DNA from: Octopus sinensis
Taxonomy: Eukaryota
Direction: 5' to 3'
Assembly: GCF_006345805.1 (NCBI RefSeq)
Contig: NC_043010.1
Location: forward strand, 55,490,001-55,554,000
Length of the DNA: 64,000 nt
A model generated the notes under the pieces. That model saw only the letters and a program-made list of their open reading frames with translations. It was not told where the DNA came from and did no database searches. The position numbers and the translations under genes were made by a program. This document shows positions 40,489 through 52,810 of the stretch, one piece after another. Each line of letters opens with the position of its first letter. Within the stretch, counting starts at the first letter, position 1.

Positions 40489-40808
40489 CTATGTTTGACT
40501 TTTGCTTTATATTTGTACAAGTTGGCTCCAAGTCTCACCCAGAGACCTCAAGAGACAACAGGTTGGAAGTTCACGTTGTTGTTATGCCTAGTGTGCCATA
40601 TATTTGGTTGTTGTTTTTTGTGTGTGTTGTACTAGTGGATGTCTAAAAAAAAAAAATGTTTGTTTTAAACCTTGAGATTACATAGAAAGTATTTTGCGTA
40701 GGATATGAGCACTATCTTTTGAATTTCTGCCATTTTTGGGTTTCCTGGTATCTGAGTTAGGTAGCAATCAGACCCTTTTGCTATCATTCCCAGGGCACCT
40801 ATGAAAAC
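40489..40808 (-). mobile_element. Second R4/Dong-like LINE 3' end, flanked by TAA repeats on both sides
   Basis: VFIGALGMIAKG..YLTQIPGNPKMAEIQKIVL, deletion, HILRKILSM*; TAA run at 40809+ and ttattat at 40481. Confidence 0.75.
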
Positions 40809-40824
40809 ATTATTATTATTATTA

Positions 40825-40869
<45 letters not shown>

Positions 40870-41058
40870 GAAGCAAAAAAAGAAGAGTGCCATTGTTATC
40901 AAATGAAGAATATTTCGACCTCCCGTGTGTCTTCCACAGGTTCAAAAAATAAACTTGTTATTATTACTACTTATTATCATTATGATTATTACTACTACTA
41001 CTACTACTACTACTACTATTAATATTATTATTTCTATTATTATTATTATTATTATTAT

Positions 41059-41100
<42 letters not shown>

Positions 41101-41699
41101 CTGTTGTTGTTATTGTTGTAATGCCGCAAAGATTACATACGTCTAGACACTTAATTCCTACGGCCTCATGAGAGAATCGTGTGACACACATATGAAGCTG
41201 ACATCGGCGCCTAAAAGAAAATAATATTATGGAACATAATCAAAGAAGCGGACCACGATATAACATATATAAACTTGACATTATATTCCGTGAGCTAAAA
41301 TAACAACAACTTACTAATCATCGATATGGAAACACTAAAGGACTACAATGTTCTTTTGAAAAAAGTTATGAAACTAAGTAATATATACTAAGGTGTTTCA
41401 TTAAAAAAAAAAATTGTGAAAGTGTGGGTGTGGGTATTTAACACAGCGAGAATGGGATACAATTATTTTTGGGAATACTTTGGGATTTTAGATATAAGAT
41501 ATAGATATGTCCTAGGAAATGGAAATACGGTGTATGTAAATATTATAAGAACATTCCCAGAATGTATTCGTCAACCTCGAAAATGTTTTTTAAATCTTGG
41601 ATTTTTTTTTTTATCTGTGATCGTTTCTATTTATGTTGTACATAATTCTTGTTCTACGAGCAGTAACTCTTCGTGAATATCTGAAACCACGATAATTCC

Positions 41700-42300
41700 T
41701 TTCTACTGAAAGCAAATTGGCTGAAATTTTGCGGCGGGGAGGGGGTCGAGTCAATTATATAGACTTCAGTGTTTCATGGGTACTTTATGTATCGAACTTA
41801 AAAGGATGAAAGGCAAAGTTGACCTCGGAAGAATTTGAACCGAGGACGTGAACACAGACGAAATACCTATTTCTTTACTACCCACAAGGGGCTAAACACA
41901 GAGAGGACAAACAAGGACATACAAATGGATTAAGTCGATTATATCAACCCCAGTGTGTAACTGGTACTTAATTTATCGACCCCGAAAAGATGAAAGGCAA
42001 AGTCGACCTCGGCGGAATTTGAACTCAGAACGTAGCGGCAGACGAAACACCGCTAAGCATTTCGCCCAACGTACAAACGATTCTGCCAGCTCGCCGCCTG
42101 AAGCCATGAAGATTGATTCCAAATTTCATTTCGTAATTTCGCACGAAGCCAGCAATTTCGGGGTAGGTGTAAGGCGATGACATCAACATCTGTGTTCAAC
42201 TGGTATGAATTATATTTTCTCCGAAAGGATAAAAGCCAAAGTCGGTCTCAGCGAAATTTGAGCTCAGAGTACAAGGACGGATGAAATGCTGCTAAGCAGA
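41700..42300 (-). mobile_element. SINE family A multimer plus an older partial copy
   Basis: gaaaggcaaagtcgacctcggcggaatttgaactcagaacg variants at ~41810, 41995 and 42235. Confidence 0.85.
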
Positions 42301-42482
42301 TCTTGTATGAATAATAACGATGAGAATTAATAATGGTTTTAAACTTAGATACAAGACTAACAATATATCATCGGAACAAGTGAAACGGACGTATTCTCTT
42401 TATGAGCCTCTAATTTTAAGCAATCTATATCTCAAATTCACTATTGTAAGGCATCACTAGGCTTATAGAACCTTACTAAGTA

Positions 42483-42719
42483 ATCGCAACTTTACGAGAT
42501 GAACTACAAAACCGGCCCGGGTTTCTGGTCAACGAACGATTACACGACTACGTTAAGTACTTTAATCACTGCGTTGCCTTGAAATATTCCAAAGATACCA
42601 TCGTAAGTTTACGAGATGCACTACAAAACCGTCCTGGGTTTCTGGTCAAGAAACGACCATACGACTATGTTAAGTACTTTAATCACTACGTTGCTTTGAA
42701 ATATTCCAAAGATACCATC
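42483..42719. repeat. Two 117-bp tandem units, 104/117 identical
   Basis: tttacgagatg at 42491 and 42608. Confidence 0.9.
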
Positions 42720-43200
42720 TTTGTTTCGTGTATCTCCTTTACTTCTCCAAAGTCAAATGCACTTTTCTTTAATCGTCTAACACTGAAAACAGTCTGTTGC
42801 ATTTAAAGAGAAGAAAAAAATCTAATTAACGACGTGTATAATAAGGAATGTTTATCATGTAATTCTCGCTGAGAAGCTTTCCACAATGTTATGAGTGAGC
42901 AGCCAATTGCTGAACACCCAATGAATACCGATTAGGTTTGGGAATTCCGAGTGGCGGCTTATGGCCAATATCAAAATTAGAGTACATCGTAAAGAGCTTG
43001 AAAATGTCATTCAACATATACATTGTCTGGCATTTTCTACGTTTTTGCCTTGTATATATATTATATATATTTTCATTTTTATATACTGTACATATGTGCG
43101 TGCACAACATACGCATATGCGTGTAATGTTTGGAGAAGCCTTAACCATCTTTTCTTTAGTTACTACATCTATTGACTTGTATTTGATATTTTCTTATATA

Positions 43201-43599
43201 GGCGCAGGAGTGGCTGTGTGGTAAGTAGCTTGCTTACCAACTACATGGTTCCGGGTTCTGGGCAAGTGTCTTCTACTATAGCCTCGGGTCGACCAAAGCC
43301 CTTGAGTGGATTTGGTAGACGGAAACTGAAAAAAGCCCGTCGTATATATGTATATGTATATGTATGTGTGTGTGTTTCTATGTCTTTGTTTGCCACCCCT
43401 CGCCCCAACATCGCTTGACAACCGATGCTGGTATGTTTACGTCCCCGTCACTTAGTGGTTCGGCAAAAGGGACCGATAGATTAAGTACTAGGCTTACAAA
43501 GAATAAGTCCTGGGGTCGATTTGCTCGACCAAAGGTGGTGCTCCAGCATGGCCGCAGTCAAATGACTGAAACAAGTAAAAGGATAAAAAGAGTAAAGAG
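43201..43599 (+). mobile_element. SINE family B with a small deletion in the head
   Basis: ccgggttc joined directly to tgggcaagt. Confidence 0.92.
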
Positions 43600-44239
43600 T
43601 ATATCTTGCATGGACCTTAACGGAGGCATCATTGAAAAGCAGACATTGCGATATTTTTTCCAATCTCGCAGCTCCATGATTTCGCTTTCTTCTGCGGTTA
43701 CTATCAGGTTCTTTCTGGTGGGGGGTTGCATCTTTTGTTGTAGTTCTTAGTGCTGTTTTTTTTTCGGTGTTCAGACGAGAGCAACTGAATTATAGAATAC
43801 TAGCAGTATGCATGTGTATATGTGTGTGTGTAAACAATTCTGCTTATTCCATTTTGTGTTCGAGAGAGGGTTAACGTTTTATATTAACCTTAGCTATGGA
43901 ACGTAATGGGTGCCGTAATAACAAAAAAACTTCAAATAATTAGAAAACCGTTCGACTGCTATACTTTCCGCTTTAAATAGGTTCTGCTAAGGAAGGAAAT
44001 GAAAGATGCAATCGTAATCTCTAACGTTATAATATGATCCTTTTTCACTTTGGACAATCTTAACTGTGTAGGTAAATCTAAAACATAATTGAAATCTTTT
44101 ACTTTATGGAAAACATTTGAGCAGGAGTTTCACGCTACCTGCTATTTCATCTATGGAACGACATCTAAGATATAATCGAATTTATTAGCGTATTAAAACA
44201 GTGTTCTGGATATCTATCAATATATTGTTATGAAAAGAA

Positions 44240-44477
44240 AATATTTATTTCTTTATTGCCCACAGGGGGATAAACATAGAGGGGACAAACAGGGACAGAC
44301 AAAGGGATTAAGTTGGTTGCATCAACCCCATTGTGTAACTGGACGTTATTTAATTGACCCCGAAAGGATGAAAGGCAAAGTCGATTCGGCAGAATTTGAA
44401 CTCAGAACGTAGCGGCAGACGTAATACCGCTAAGCATTTAGCCCGGTATGCTAACGTTTCTGCCAGCTCACCGCCCT
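44240..44477 (-). mobile_element. SINE family A
   Basis: Reverse complement of head plus one body. Confidence 0.88.
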
Positions 44478-44727
44478 ATGAAGAGAAAATATGAAAAAAA
44501 GTGTAATTTCTACAGATTTTGAAAGGGGTCATTAACGTACGTACTTAATTATTTTGTCACCATCTTTCGTGTGTATGTGTGTGTTATACATTTGCAAGCA
44601 GTGGGTTGTCTGACGAAGTCTACACCTCACTATATGTAAAAGTATAAAAAATGTAATCTACCAGGGTTATAGCTTAATTTTTCAGTTTCATGCTAAATTG
44701 TTTTTAATGTATAAGAATCAAGGCTGT

Positions 44728-44895
44728 AAGCTAGCAAAATCGTTACCGCGCTCAGCGAAAAACATTCGCTACATTTCATCCGTATTTACACTTTGAGTTC
44801 CAATTCCGCCGATGTCGACTTGGCCTTTCATTCTTTCGGGGGCTATAAAATAAGTACCAGTTGTACACTGGGGGCGATATAATCTACTTAAACCC
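44728..44895 (+). mobile_element. SINE family A, older short form
   Basis: gagttccaattccgccgatgtcgacttggcctttcattctttcgg..aagtaccagttg. Confidence 0.75.
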
Positions 44896-45104
44896 TTTCT
44901 CCAAACTTGGTAGTTCTGAGCCAAAATTTAAAACTATCACAAAAGACGACACCTGTACAAGTTTGGTATCTCGTCCTCCAAATTCTGAAATGCAAGGGTG
45001 ACTTGGATAAGCTTGATCTTACAGTTTTGAAAAATCGATCGATTACATGATGGGAGGTGGGGCAGGATGCGTGTATGTATATACATATTGGCTTCAATTT
45101 TTGG

Positions 45105-45303
45105 CACAAGGCCAGCAAGTTCGGAGGAAGGAATAAGTTCTTAACATTGACCCACGTGCTTCACTGGTACTAATTCTATCGACCTCCAAAATGATAAAAG
45201 GCGAAGTAGACTTCGGTGGAATTTGAAATCAGAACTTGAAGTCAGGCGAAATGCCGCAGAGCGTTTTGTCCAGTGCGCTAACGATTCTGCAAGATCACCG
45301 CGT
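45105..45303 (-). mobile_element. SINE family A, older short form
   Basis: cactggtact..gacttcggtggaatttgaaatcagaac..gctaacgattctgc. Confidence 0.7.
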
Positions 45304-46450
45304 TATGCTTCTACGTCTTAAACACACGCACGTATATGTAGATGGATAGACAGGTAAATTGATATATAGAGACAGACAGAAAAAGAGAAAGAGAGAGAGA
45401 GAGAGGGAGAGAGAGTGAGTGATGTCTAAGCTAATGTTAGTTTTAACGTCTCTTTATTCTTAGAAAAACGGTCTGTCATGATCACTGGTCTGACATGCAA
45501 CTATAATATTATGTTCAGATGTTCCACATCCATTCTAGAATATATCCAATGATGTTCATTTATTTCCTCAAGTTTAGTCTTGTCCTATATTTTGTTTTTG
45601 ATATCATTATGTTTCTCTCCACATTTATTTATCTCATCTTTTCATAGACATCCTTCACTTTGGTGTATCCTATCCATATGTGTTTTCCGCCATTTTTATA
45701 CAAATATCCCTACTAAATACTGTGATCTCTTTATATGTTGCTCAAGTAGTTATTATCTATAGATTTTTTTAAATATTATTTTTGCATGCATTGCATTATA
45801 AACAATGGTTTTATGACCTACTTCGGTTCCTGATATTATTCAAACGTTGTAATGTTCCGCCATTAACGAGGATTTATTTTTAGATATTATCCCTCCAGGC
45901 TTTTCTTCCGTCATTCAGGTATATCTTTGTTCTCTATCATCTCATTGTAATATTTAGTATAGTTAGTTATCTTCTGCGATAGCTTCCTCGTAGTTTGCAT
46001 TTGGAGCGTCCATATAATCGGGATACATCAAACGCGTGTTTGATATTTTAAACACACAAGGCTTCAATTAATGCTTCCCATTGTTGCTAGATTCAGTTAT
46101 GGCTCGGCTTTATTTCCTAATATTAGAACATTCCAGTAATAATCTACTTTCACGTCTGCGTCCATTGGATCCATATTGAATAATTTCATCAGATATGTAT
46201 TTATTTGACAAGTGACTTTATACATAGTTGTGTATAGGAACAGAACCATAGCAGTCATTTTATAACACCATTTATCTACACACACGCATATATATGGACA
46301 AATTAAGAAATGGAATCAAACGCAGGTGCTATTCAAATTATTTATACTTCCAACATATGTTTCGAAAATTATATTTATTTATTTTTCCTTGTTATTCGTA
46401 CACATTGAAAAAATATTTATACATACATGTATGCGTGTATGTATATTATA

Positions 46451-47209
46451 TAGCGTGTCCCAAAAGTCACTGATTGATTTCAATTTTTAATAACTTCCTT
46501 AAATTTACAAATAAATGCATGAAATTTTGATACAATATACAGGACATAATGGAAAATAATATGAATGAGTCCAATTTTGCAACACCACTACATGACATAT
46601 GAAAAATTACATTGCTTAAATGACAGCCACTTTCACCATCGCACGCCTGTGCTGTTTCCAAAACTTGCACCATAACTCCCTCAAGAGTTCAAGATCTCAC
46701 TTCTCAGATTTCTCTTTTGATGATCCCCTTCAGTTGCACCAGGGTCTCACATATGGTTCTAGCAAGATGAGGCTACTGCTCATACCGCAAGAGAAACAAT
46801 GTAGTTGCTATGGCAGTGCTTTGGAGAGGGAATAATCTATCGTTATGGCAATGTCACGTTCCCCAGACTTTATTAACCCGGATTTTTCTTGTGCAGATAC
46901 CTGAAAGAGAGGGTTTGCATCAACAAAACGGAGACCCTGGTGCAACTGAAGTAGAACATCAATAGAAAAATCAGATAAGTGAGGTCTAAAACTCTTGAGA
47001 ATGTTATGGTGTAAGTTTTGGAAATTTCAAAAATGGCTGCCATTTATGCGATGTCATTTTTGATACGTGATGTAGTGTTGCAAAATTTGATTCGTACATA
47101 TTAATTTACATTATGTCCTTTATATTGTATCAGCATTTCATGCATTTATTTGTAAATTTAAGGAAGTTGTTGAAAATCGAAACCCATAAGTGGCTTTTGG
47201 GACACCGTG
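46451..47209. mobile_element. Tc3/rosa-like fold-back: two inverted right ends around a 182-bp transposase core
   Basis: 46451-46748 is the reverse complement of 46931-47209; termini tagcgtgtcccaaaag / cttttgggacaccgtg resemble CAGGGTGTCC; spacer holds decayed WF.QD.ATAH and SPD..DF..YLKERV. Confidence 0.88.
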
Positions 47210-47574
47210 TGTATCTATCTATTTAGGCGTCTGTCTGTTTCTCTGTCTCTCTGTATGCATCTATGTTCATACCGACATGTTTTATTTTGCGACAGTTTTA
47301 TCACATAGCATTGACCAAAATGCCGTTGTATGTCTATAAACTGATAACTAACACATTACCTCACTGTGTCATGTGGTAGTGGCCAAGTCTGACTTTTGTA
47401 CTATATGAAAGCTCGTTGACTTTTGTACTATATGAAAGCCAGCATGGTAACGTTTTCGCTGAGCTGGCAGAACCCCGGGCAGAGGTACTGAAGCATTCCT
47501 TTCGACTATTGTCTGTACACCCTGCTTCAATGGATTCTTCTTCTTTTACTACTATTGATACTACTACTACTAGA

Positions 47575-47960
47575 GGTGAGTGGCAGAATCGGGCGAAATA
47601 CCAAACGGAATTTCGTCCGTCTGCGTGTTCTGAGTTCAAAATCCGCCAAGGTCGATTTTGCCTTTCATCCTTCCAAAGTCGATAAAATAAGTACCATCTA
47701 AGCAATGGGGTCAATATAATCAAATTTCTCCCTCCCCTGAACTTGCTCGTTTTGTGCCAAATTTTGAAACCATTGTGTTTTGTTTTGCTTTACTGTTATT
47801 ATTATTATTATTACTATTATGTTAGGGCGACAGGTGGCAGAATCGTTAGCACGCCGGCTACAGGGCCTAGCAACATTTCCTAGGTCTTTATGTTCTGACT
47901 ACAAATTATGCCGAGGTCAGTTTTGCCTTTTATCGTAGCAATTGAGAACTGGGGTCGGTG
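47575..47960 (+). mobile_element. Two diverged family A SINEs
   Basis: gtggcagaatcg at 47580 and 47834; B boxes; gcctttcatccttcc. Confidence 0.7.
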
Positions 47961-48412
47961 TAATTTCACATCCTGTGCCTATTGTAGAAAGGGCTATCGA
48001 TTAATAATTTTCAATTGAGAAATGGCTCAAAATTTCCTCTCGTCTCTGAATCAGAATTTAATGGTCATGCTTCGATAGGAAACTTAATCTTGGCAACTTC
48101 GTTGTCTTTAGCAGAATCCACTCCATTGCAATGCGTTTTCGGTATAAGTCTCCTGTCTTCTTCCACTCGAATGCGGCGTAGGTCACGATCCCGGCCCCAA
48201 GGTTTTTAAAATATGGTTACTTTTGTTATTCAAATACGGTGGTCCATTGCTCTGTCCAGTCTGTTTTCACATTGCATTTTCGACTTCGTGTGACATATAG
48301 ACAGACAGAGAGAGAGAGATAAATACATAAGATACAGAAATAAATTTTTGTATTCTCAAACGCGTGATAATGCTAATAAAATAGCGCAAACAGGATAAAT
48401 TGTCCATACATT

Positions 48413-48484
48413 GGCCAGCCGTGAGACTCGAACTCACATACCTATGATTACGCGTCAAATGCTTTACCATTAAGCTAAACTGCC
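48413..48484 (-). tRNA. tRNA-Thr(CGT)-like cloverleaf, probably a pseudogene or SINE head; partial second copy at 48712-48757
   Basis: GGCAGTT TA GCTT AATGGTA AAGC A TTTGA CGCGTAA TCATA GGTAT GTGAG TTCGAGT CTCAC GGCTGGC C; perfect D and T stems, one mismatch each in acceptor and anticodon stems, G at position 33. Confidence 0.6.
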
Positions 48485-48808
48485 CAGTAATGAATTCCTC
48501 TGCAAATTTTAGAACTTATAAATTTAGCTTCATAAGACACTAACGTTAAATTCAACTTACGATGAATGTAAACAAAGTTTGTTTTAGAAGCGTTGAGATA
48601 TATTGAAAGATACAGAATGATTTTTTATTCTTAAACGCGTGATAATGCTAATAAAATAGCGTGAAGAGGATAAATTATCCATTCATTGTAGAAAGATAAA
48701 AATACATTACCGGCCAGCCATGTGACTCGAACTCACATCCCTGTGATTACGCGTCAACATACATACATGCATACTTATGTATGTATGTAAGTATCTATGT
48801 ATGTATGT

Positions 48809-49199
48809 GGAGGCGCAATGGCCCAGTGGTTAGGGCAGCGGACTCGCGGTCATAGGATCGCGGTTTCGATTCCCAGACCGGGCGTTGTGAGTGTTTATTG
48901 AGCGAAAACACCTAAAAGCTCCACGAGGCTCCGGCAGGGGATGGTGGTGATCCCTGCTGTACTCTTCCACCACAACTTTCTCTCACTCTTACTTCCTGTT
49001 TCTGTTGTACCTGTATTTCAAGGGGCCGGCCTTGTCACTCTCTGTGTCACGCTGAATATCCCCGAGAACTACGTTAAGGGTGCACGTGTCTGTGGAATGC
49101 TCAGCCACTTACACGTTAATTTCACGAGCAGGCTGTTCCGTTGATTCGGATCAACCGGAACCCTCATCGTCGTAACCGACGGAGTGCTTCCATCCCATC
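48809..49199 (+). mobile_element. tRNA-derived SINE family C, full length, in (TATG)n
   Basis: TGGCCCAGTGGTTAG A box, GGTTTCGATTCC B box; tatgtatgt on both sides. Confidence 0.85.
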
Positions 49200-49523
49200 T
49201 ATGTATGTTCTCTTCGGTTTAAAATTGTTTAAATTCTTCTTTTGACGAAGGAGCTGGTTTCTAACAATGCAGATGGCAAAACCAATTTCATATTTATAAT
49301 TGCTATGATTCTTGTATAATTCAGTGTTCTATTTACAGTTTGTATTTGTAATGTGCGAGTCGATTGGTCGATTACGTTTTCCGAAAAAAACCTAGCTTCT
49401 CGAAGTTGTCATTTAGGTATTTACTCACAATATTATTGGTATGACTGTGAATTAATAGTATGGATATAGAAAGAAGCTGGAGGTTTCGAAGGAGTTGTCC
49501 AGAGTTGTCTATGTATGTATATA

Positions 49524-49752
49524 GGGTGGCGAGCTAGCAGAAACGTTAGCGCGCCGGGCGAAATGCTTAGCGGTGTTTCGTCTGCCGTTACGTTCTGAGT
49601 TCAAATTCCACCGAGGCCAACTTCGCCTTTGATCATTTCGGGGTCGATAAATAAAGCACCAGTTACGCAATGGGCTCGATGTAATCAACTTTATCCCTTT
49701 GTCTGTCCTTGTTTGTCCCCTCTATGTTTAGCCTCTTGTGGGCAATAAAGAA
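49524..49752 (+). mobile_element. SINE family A, head plus one body
   Basis: Matches the family A consensus; ends aataaagaaata then (TA)n. Confidence 0.9.
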
Positions 49753-49762
49753 ATATATTTAT

Positions 49763-49794
<32 letters not shown>

Positions 49795-50100
49795 GTGTGT
49801 GTTGTGTGTGTGTGTATGCATGTATGTATATAAGTATATATGTGTGAAGGTATGTATATATATGTGTGTGTGTGTGTGTGTATGCATGTATGTATGTAAG
49901 TATATATGTGTGAAGGTATGTATACATGTATGTATGTGTATGTGAATGCATGTATGTATGTATGAATAGACGAATGGATAAATTGATTGATGGACGTACG
50001 TACGTATGTATATATGTTTGTATATATATATATATATATAACATTATTGGTGAATTGAAGAAATGGAGCTGAACGCAGATTGAACAGAAATCGTTTTATT

Positions 50101-50185
50101 TCATTCTACACGTGTTTCGAAAGGCACAAATTACCAAAATCCGATTGAATAATGGGACCAATTGTGTCTTTCTCTTCAGGAAGAA
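50101..50185 (-). ncRNA. Type I hammerhead ribozyme with intact catalytic core
   Basis: ttc CTGAAGA GAAAGaCACAA..TTGTGcCTTTC GAAA C ACGT GTA gaa; G10.1-C11.1 pair, palindrome ACACGTGT, GUA triplet. Confidence 0.82.
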
Positions 50186-50779
50186 AAAAGGAAATCCGTT
50201 GGAAAAACAAAAACAGAACAGAGGCGGAGCAAAAAACAAATCGAACTGTGCTCCTAAGAGCCCATGGCGAAACTGTTATCAGTGTATGTTGAGAACGGTG
50301 GCTGAAGAATTCAACGGGTCAGGCATCGGTCAATCATGGGGGTGAGGTGTGTATAGATGTTCTTTGTGACCGAGAATAAAGTTCTGACTATTTAAGGAAT
50401 ATTGGATGTTTTATAAGGGGCGAGAAAAAAATCTACTTAGAGACGTGTGTGTGTTGGCGTAGGGGTAGAAAACATTTTTTGTGTACGTGTGTGCGTTTGA
50501 TCGTTCGGCTGTCAGTGGCTACTGCCGTGATAACCGTTGGGTGGCAGAAAGAAAAAAATAAAAAAAATATATATATTATGTTTTATGTGTGTGTGTGTTC
50601 ATCTAAGCCTGCCTTGTCAAGGAAACCCCCCGCTGTGAGAAAACCAAGCCCCGTTTGTCTTACAGGAGTAATTCCCCTGCAGTGGTTAATCGTAGATATC
50701 TTAAGGCTATTTCAGAATTTGTTACCAAGGGCTATGGGTGCCGGTATTATTTATAAACGCTATTTAAAGGCCAGTAAGT

Positions 50780-51140
50780 GTAACGCCGCCAATGGGGGCA
50801 TCGAAAAGCCGACTGTAAGAGCCCGTTTACCATCCGCCTCTGGCAAACAAAATATGGAAGAGTTCTGAGACACAAAGGTTGCACTGTCTTCTGCCCCTAT
50901 CAAATGGGAGGGCCACCGACAAAATTGACCATTCCAGCCTATAGCTTAAGTTCGCATCCTTCAGTCGCCATATTAGCTTACTGAGTCCCGTGGTCTGGCG
51001 CTTGTTCACGTCCCGAAAAGTTGCGTAATGGTTGGAGACACGCAAAGACAATCTTGAGGATGATGCCCCTACATAAGTGAAGGCATCTGAGTCCGTGTAA
51101 ACTTTGCATTGGTAGACGGCGTTTTTGATCTTGGAGTTCG
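50780..51140 (-). pseudogene. GIY-YIG endonuclease of the Penelope-like element
   Basis: KNAVYQCKV..FTYVGASS..RVSNHYATF..GLSKLIWRLK..EWSIL..CNLCVSELFHIL. Confidence 0.88.
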
Positions 51141-51559
51141 CCGACGTGAATCTTAATCTGCTAGGATTAGTTTCTGAAATTAGAACTGCGTTCCTGTCAC
51201 TATATTCGTTCCGAGACCTGCAGCCGCTTACTACTCTATTTTCCACTACGTCACTATTAACTATAGGAATAACCCCTGATTCTCCACTATCTATCAGAGT
51301 GCTGTCATTGCTACTGCCCGTGGTACTGCTATTGCGGGAAATGATGCTGGGGATGCTATGGGGCTCTCTACCACCCTACTCCCATTATTACCGTCAACCA
51401 CAACCCCCTATTTATAACTATACCCCTAGTGGGTACTCCCTGGCTGGAGCTGAGATTATGTGTCACTGTACTGGCTCTCATCTCATTATTACTACTATAA
51501 TTATTCCTACTGAGCATTAAACCGGGAGCGGAAGAGGCCTGTGCCTCCGGAAAAAGGTG

Positions 51560-52810
51560 ATAGGGTCTTAGTAAGTAGCCTATTATTATGGGAGGCGATT
51601 ATCTGGGCGAGGTTTTTAGTGTTGGAGAAAGCTATCCTAACTTTATGTGAGTTAACCGTGGAGTAATATTTGGAATTTCTGGGGAAGTATTGGCGATGGC
51701 TTGTCTAAACATGAGGGGGAGGTTAGTTCTAATCTGCTTACCAAGGGGATTACAACCATATATGCTTATTCCTATCAGTGTGATGGGTCGGGACGCCAGC
51801 TCTCGCATTCGGGTGGGTGATTCTCGGATGAATAACGGGTCTTGGGTTAGTGTAAGACCTCCCGGACCGATAATTATCCTTGTTCGCTAAATTAAATGCG
51901 GGAGCGACTACCCCGGCATCCGCCGCGCTCCCGTCCTTACTTAAAATGTTAATGTTATTATATACGGCCCTATCCTGAGACCGAATGATGGCATCGGAAG
52001 GGCCAGATCAATATAAATTACCTTCTGCCTATAACCGGCCTTGGATAGTGCGGCGTTATAAATTCCGCTTTCTGCATAAAAATATCGGCACTGGCGGACA
52101 AGCCAGACAATCTTAGAGAGATGTTTTTTAACCAAATTGTCTGTTACGGTTTTGGCATGATTTGAGAAGACACTGACATACTTCAAATTAGTGGAAGGCT
52201 TATGGTAAGGGCAGTATGAGTCGCTATTAAGGTTAAGTGTAACGTCTAGGAAATTAGCCTTGGTGAGTTCATTATCAAAAACTATACTCATGCCCATTCT
52301 ATTAAAAAACCTAGCTAACCTGCTCTTAGTTTTCTGCACTATTCTGTTCGTGGTTTTTGCAGGTAAAACAGACAATCGTCACGATACAGGCCGCCCGCGA
52401 TCTCCGGGAATTGGTCGGACAATTCGTAGAGAATATTATTCCGACCAAATCGGCTATCTGCGCACTATCCGAACTACCCATAGGCACATCAAATTCATTG
52501 GGAGTATCTTACGGATCCACAACTTATTATCAAACTTAATAAACGATTTCCTGGCAACTACAATGATATCTATCTCTTCTCTGGTGAGGCCAGCCTTGTT
52601 GTGAGCATGCCAGAGGGCCTTATTTAGCACACTAGGGTTAATCGAGGGGTAGAAGCTGGCGATATCAAACTGAATGAACCTAGTACGGTTCTTATTGGGG
52701 ATGGAAGAGAACCACTTCACTACCTGCGAGGAGTTGGCCCAGAGGCTGAGCTACTAAGGTATCGGTTAAACTTTTGATTAATCTACTACAAGATTATTCA
52801 TCTTTCTATT
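51560..52810 (-). pseudogene. Reverse transcriptase of the Penelope-like element, frameshifted
   Basis: LWANSSQVVKWF, FIQFDIASFYPSI, DVPMGSSDSAQIADLVG, GLYRDD, NFLDVTLNL..PYHKP..SNH, RNKHIW.NP.W, IIASHNNRLL. Confidence 0.9.

Noticed and set aside
45480-46000. Possible ancient LINE RT on the minus strand
   Set aside because: Weak resemblance to the KAPG.D.I region only; cannot be supported by eye
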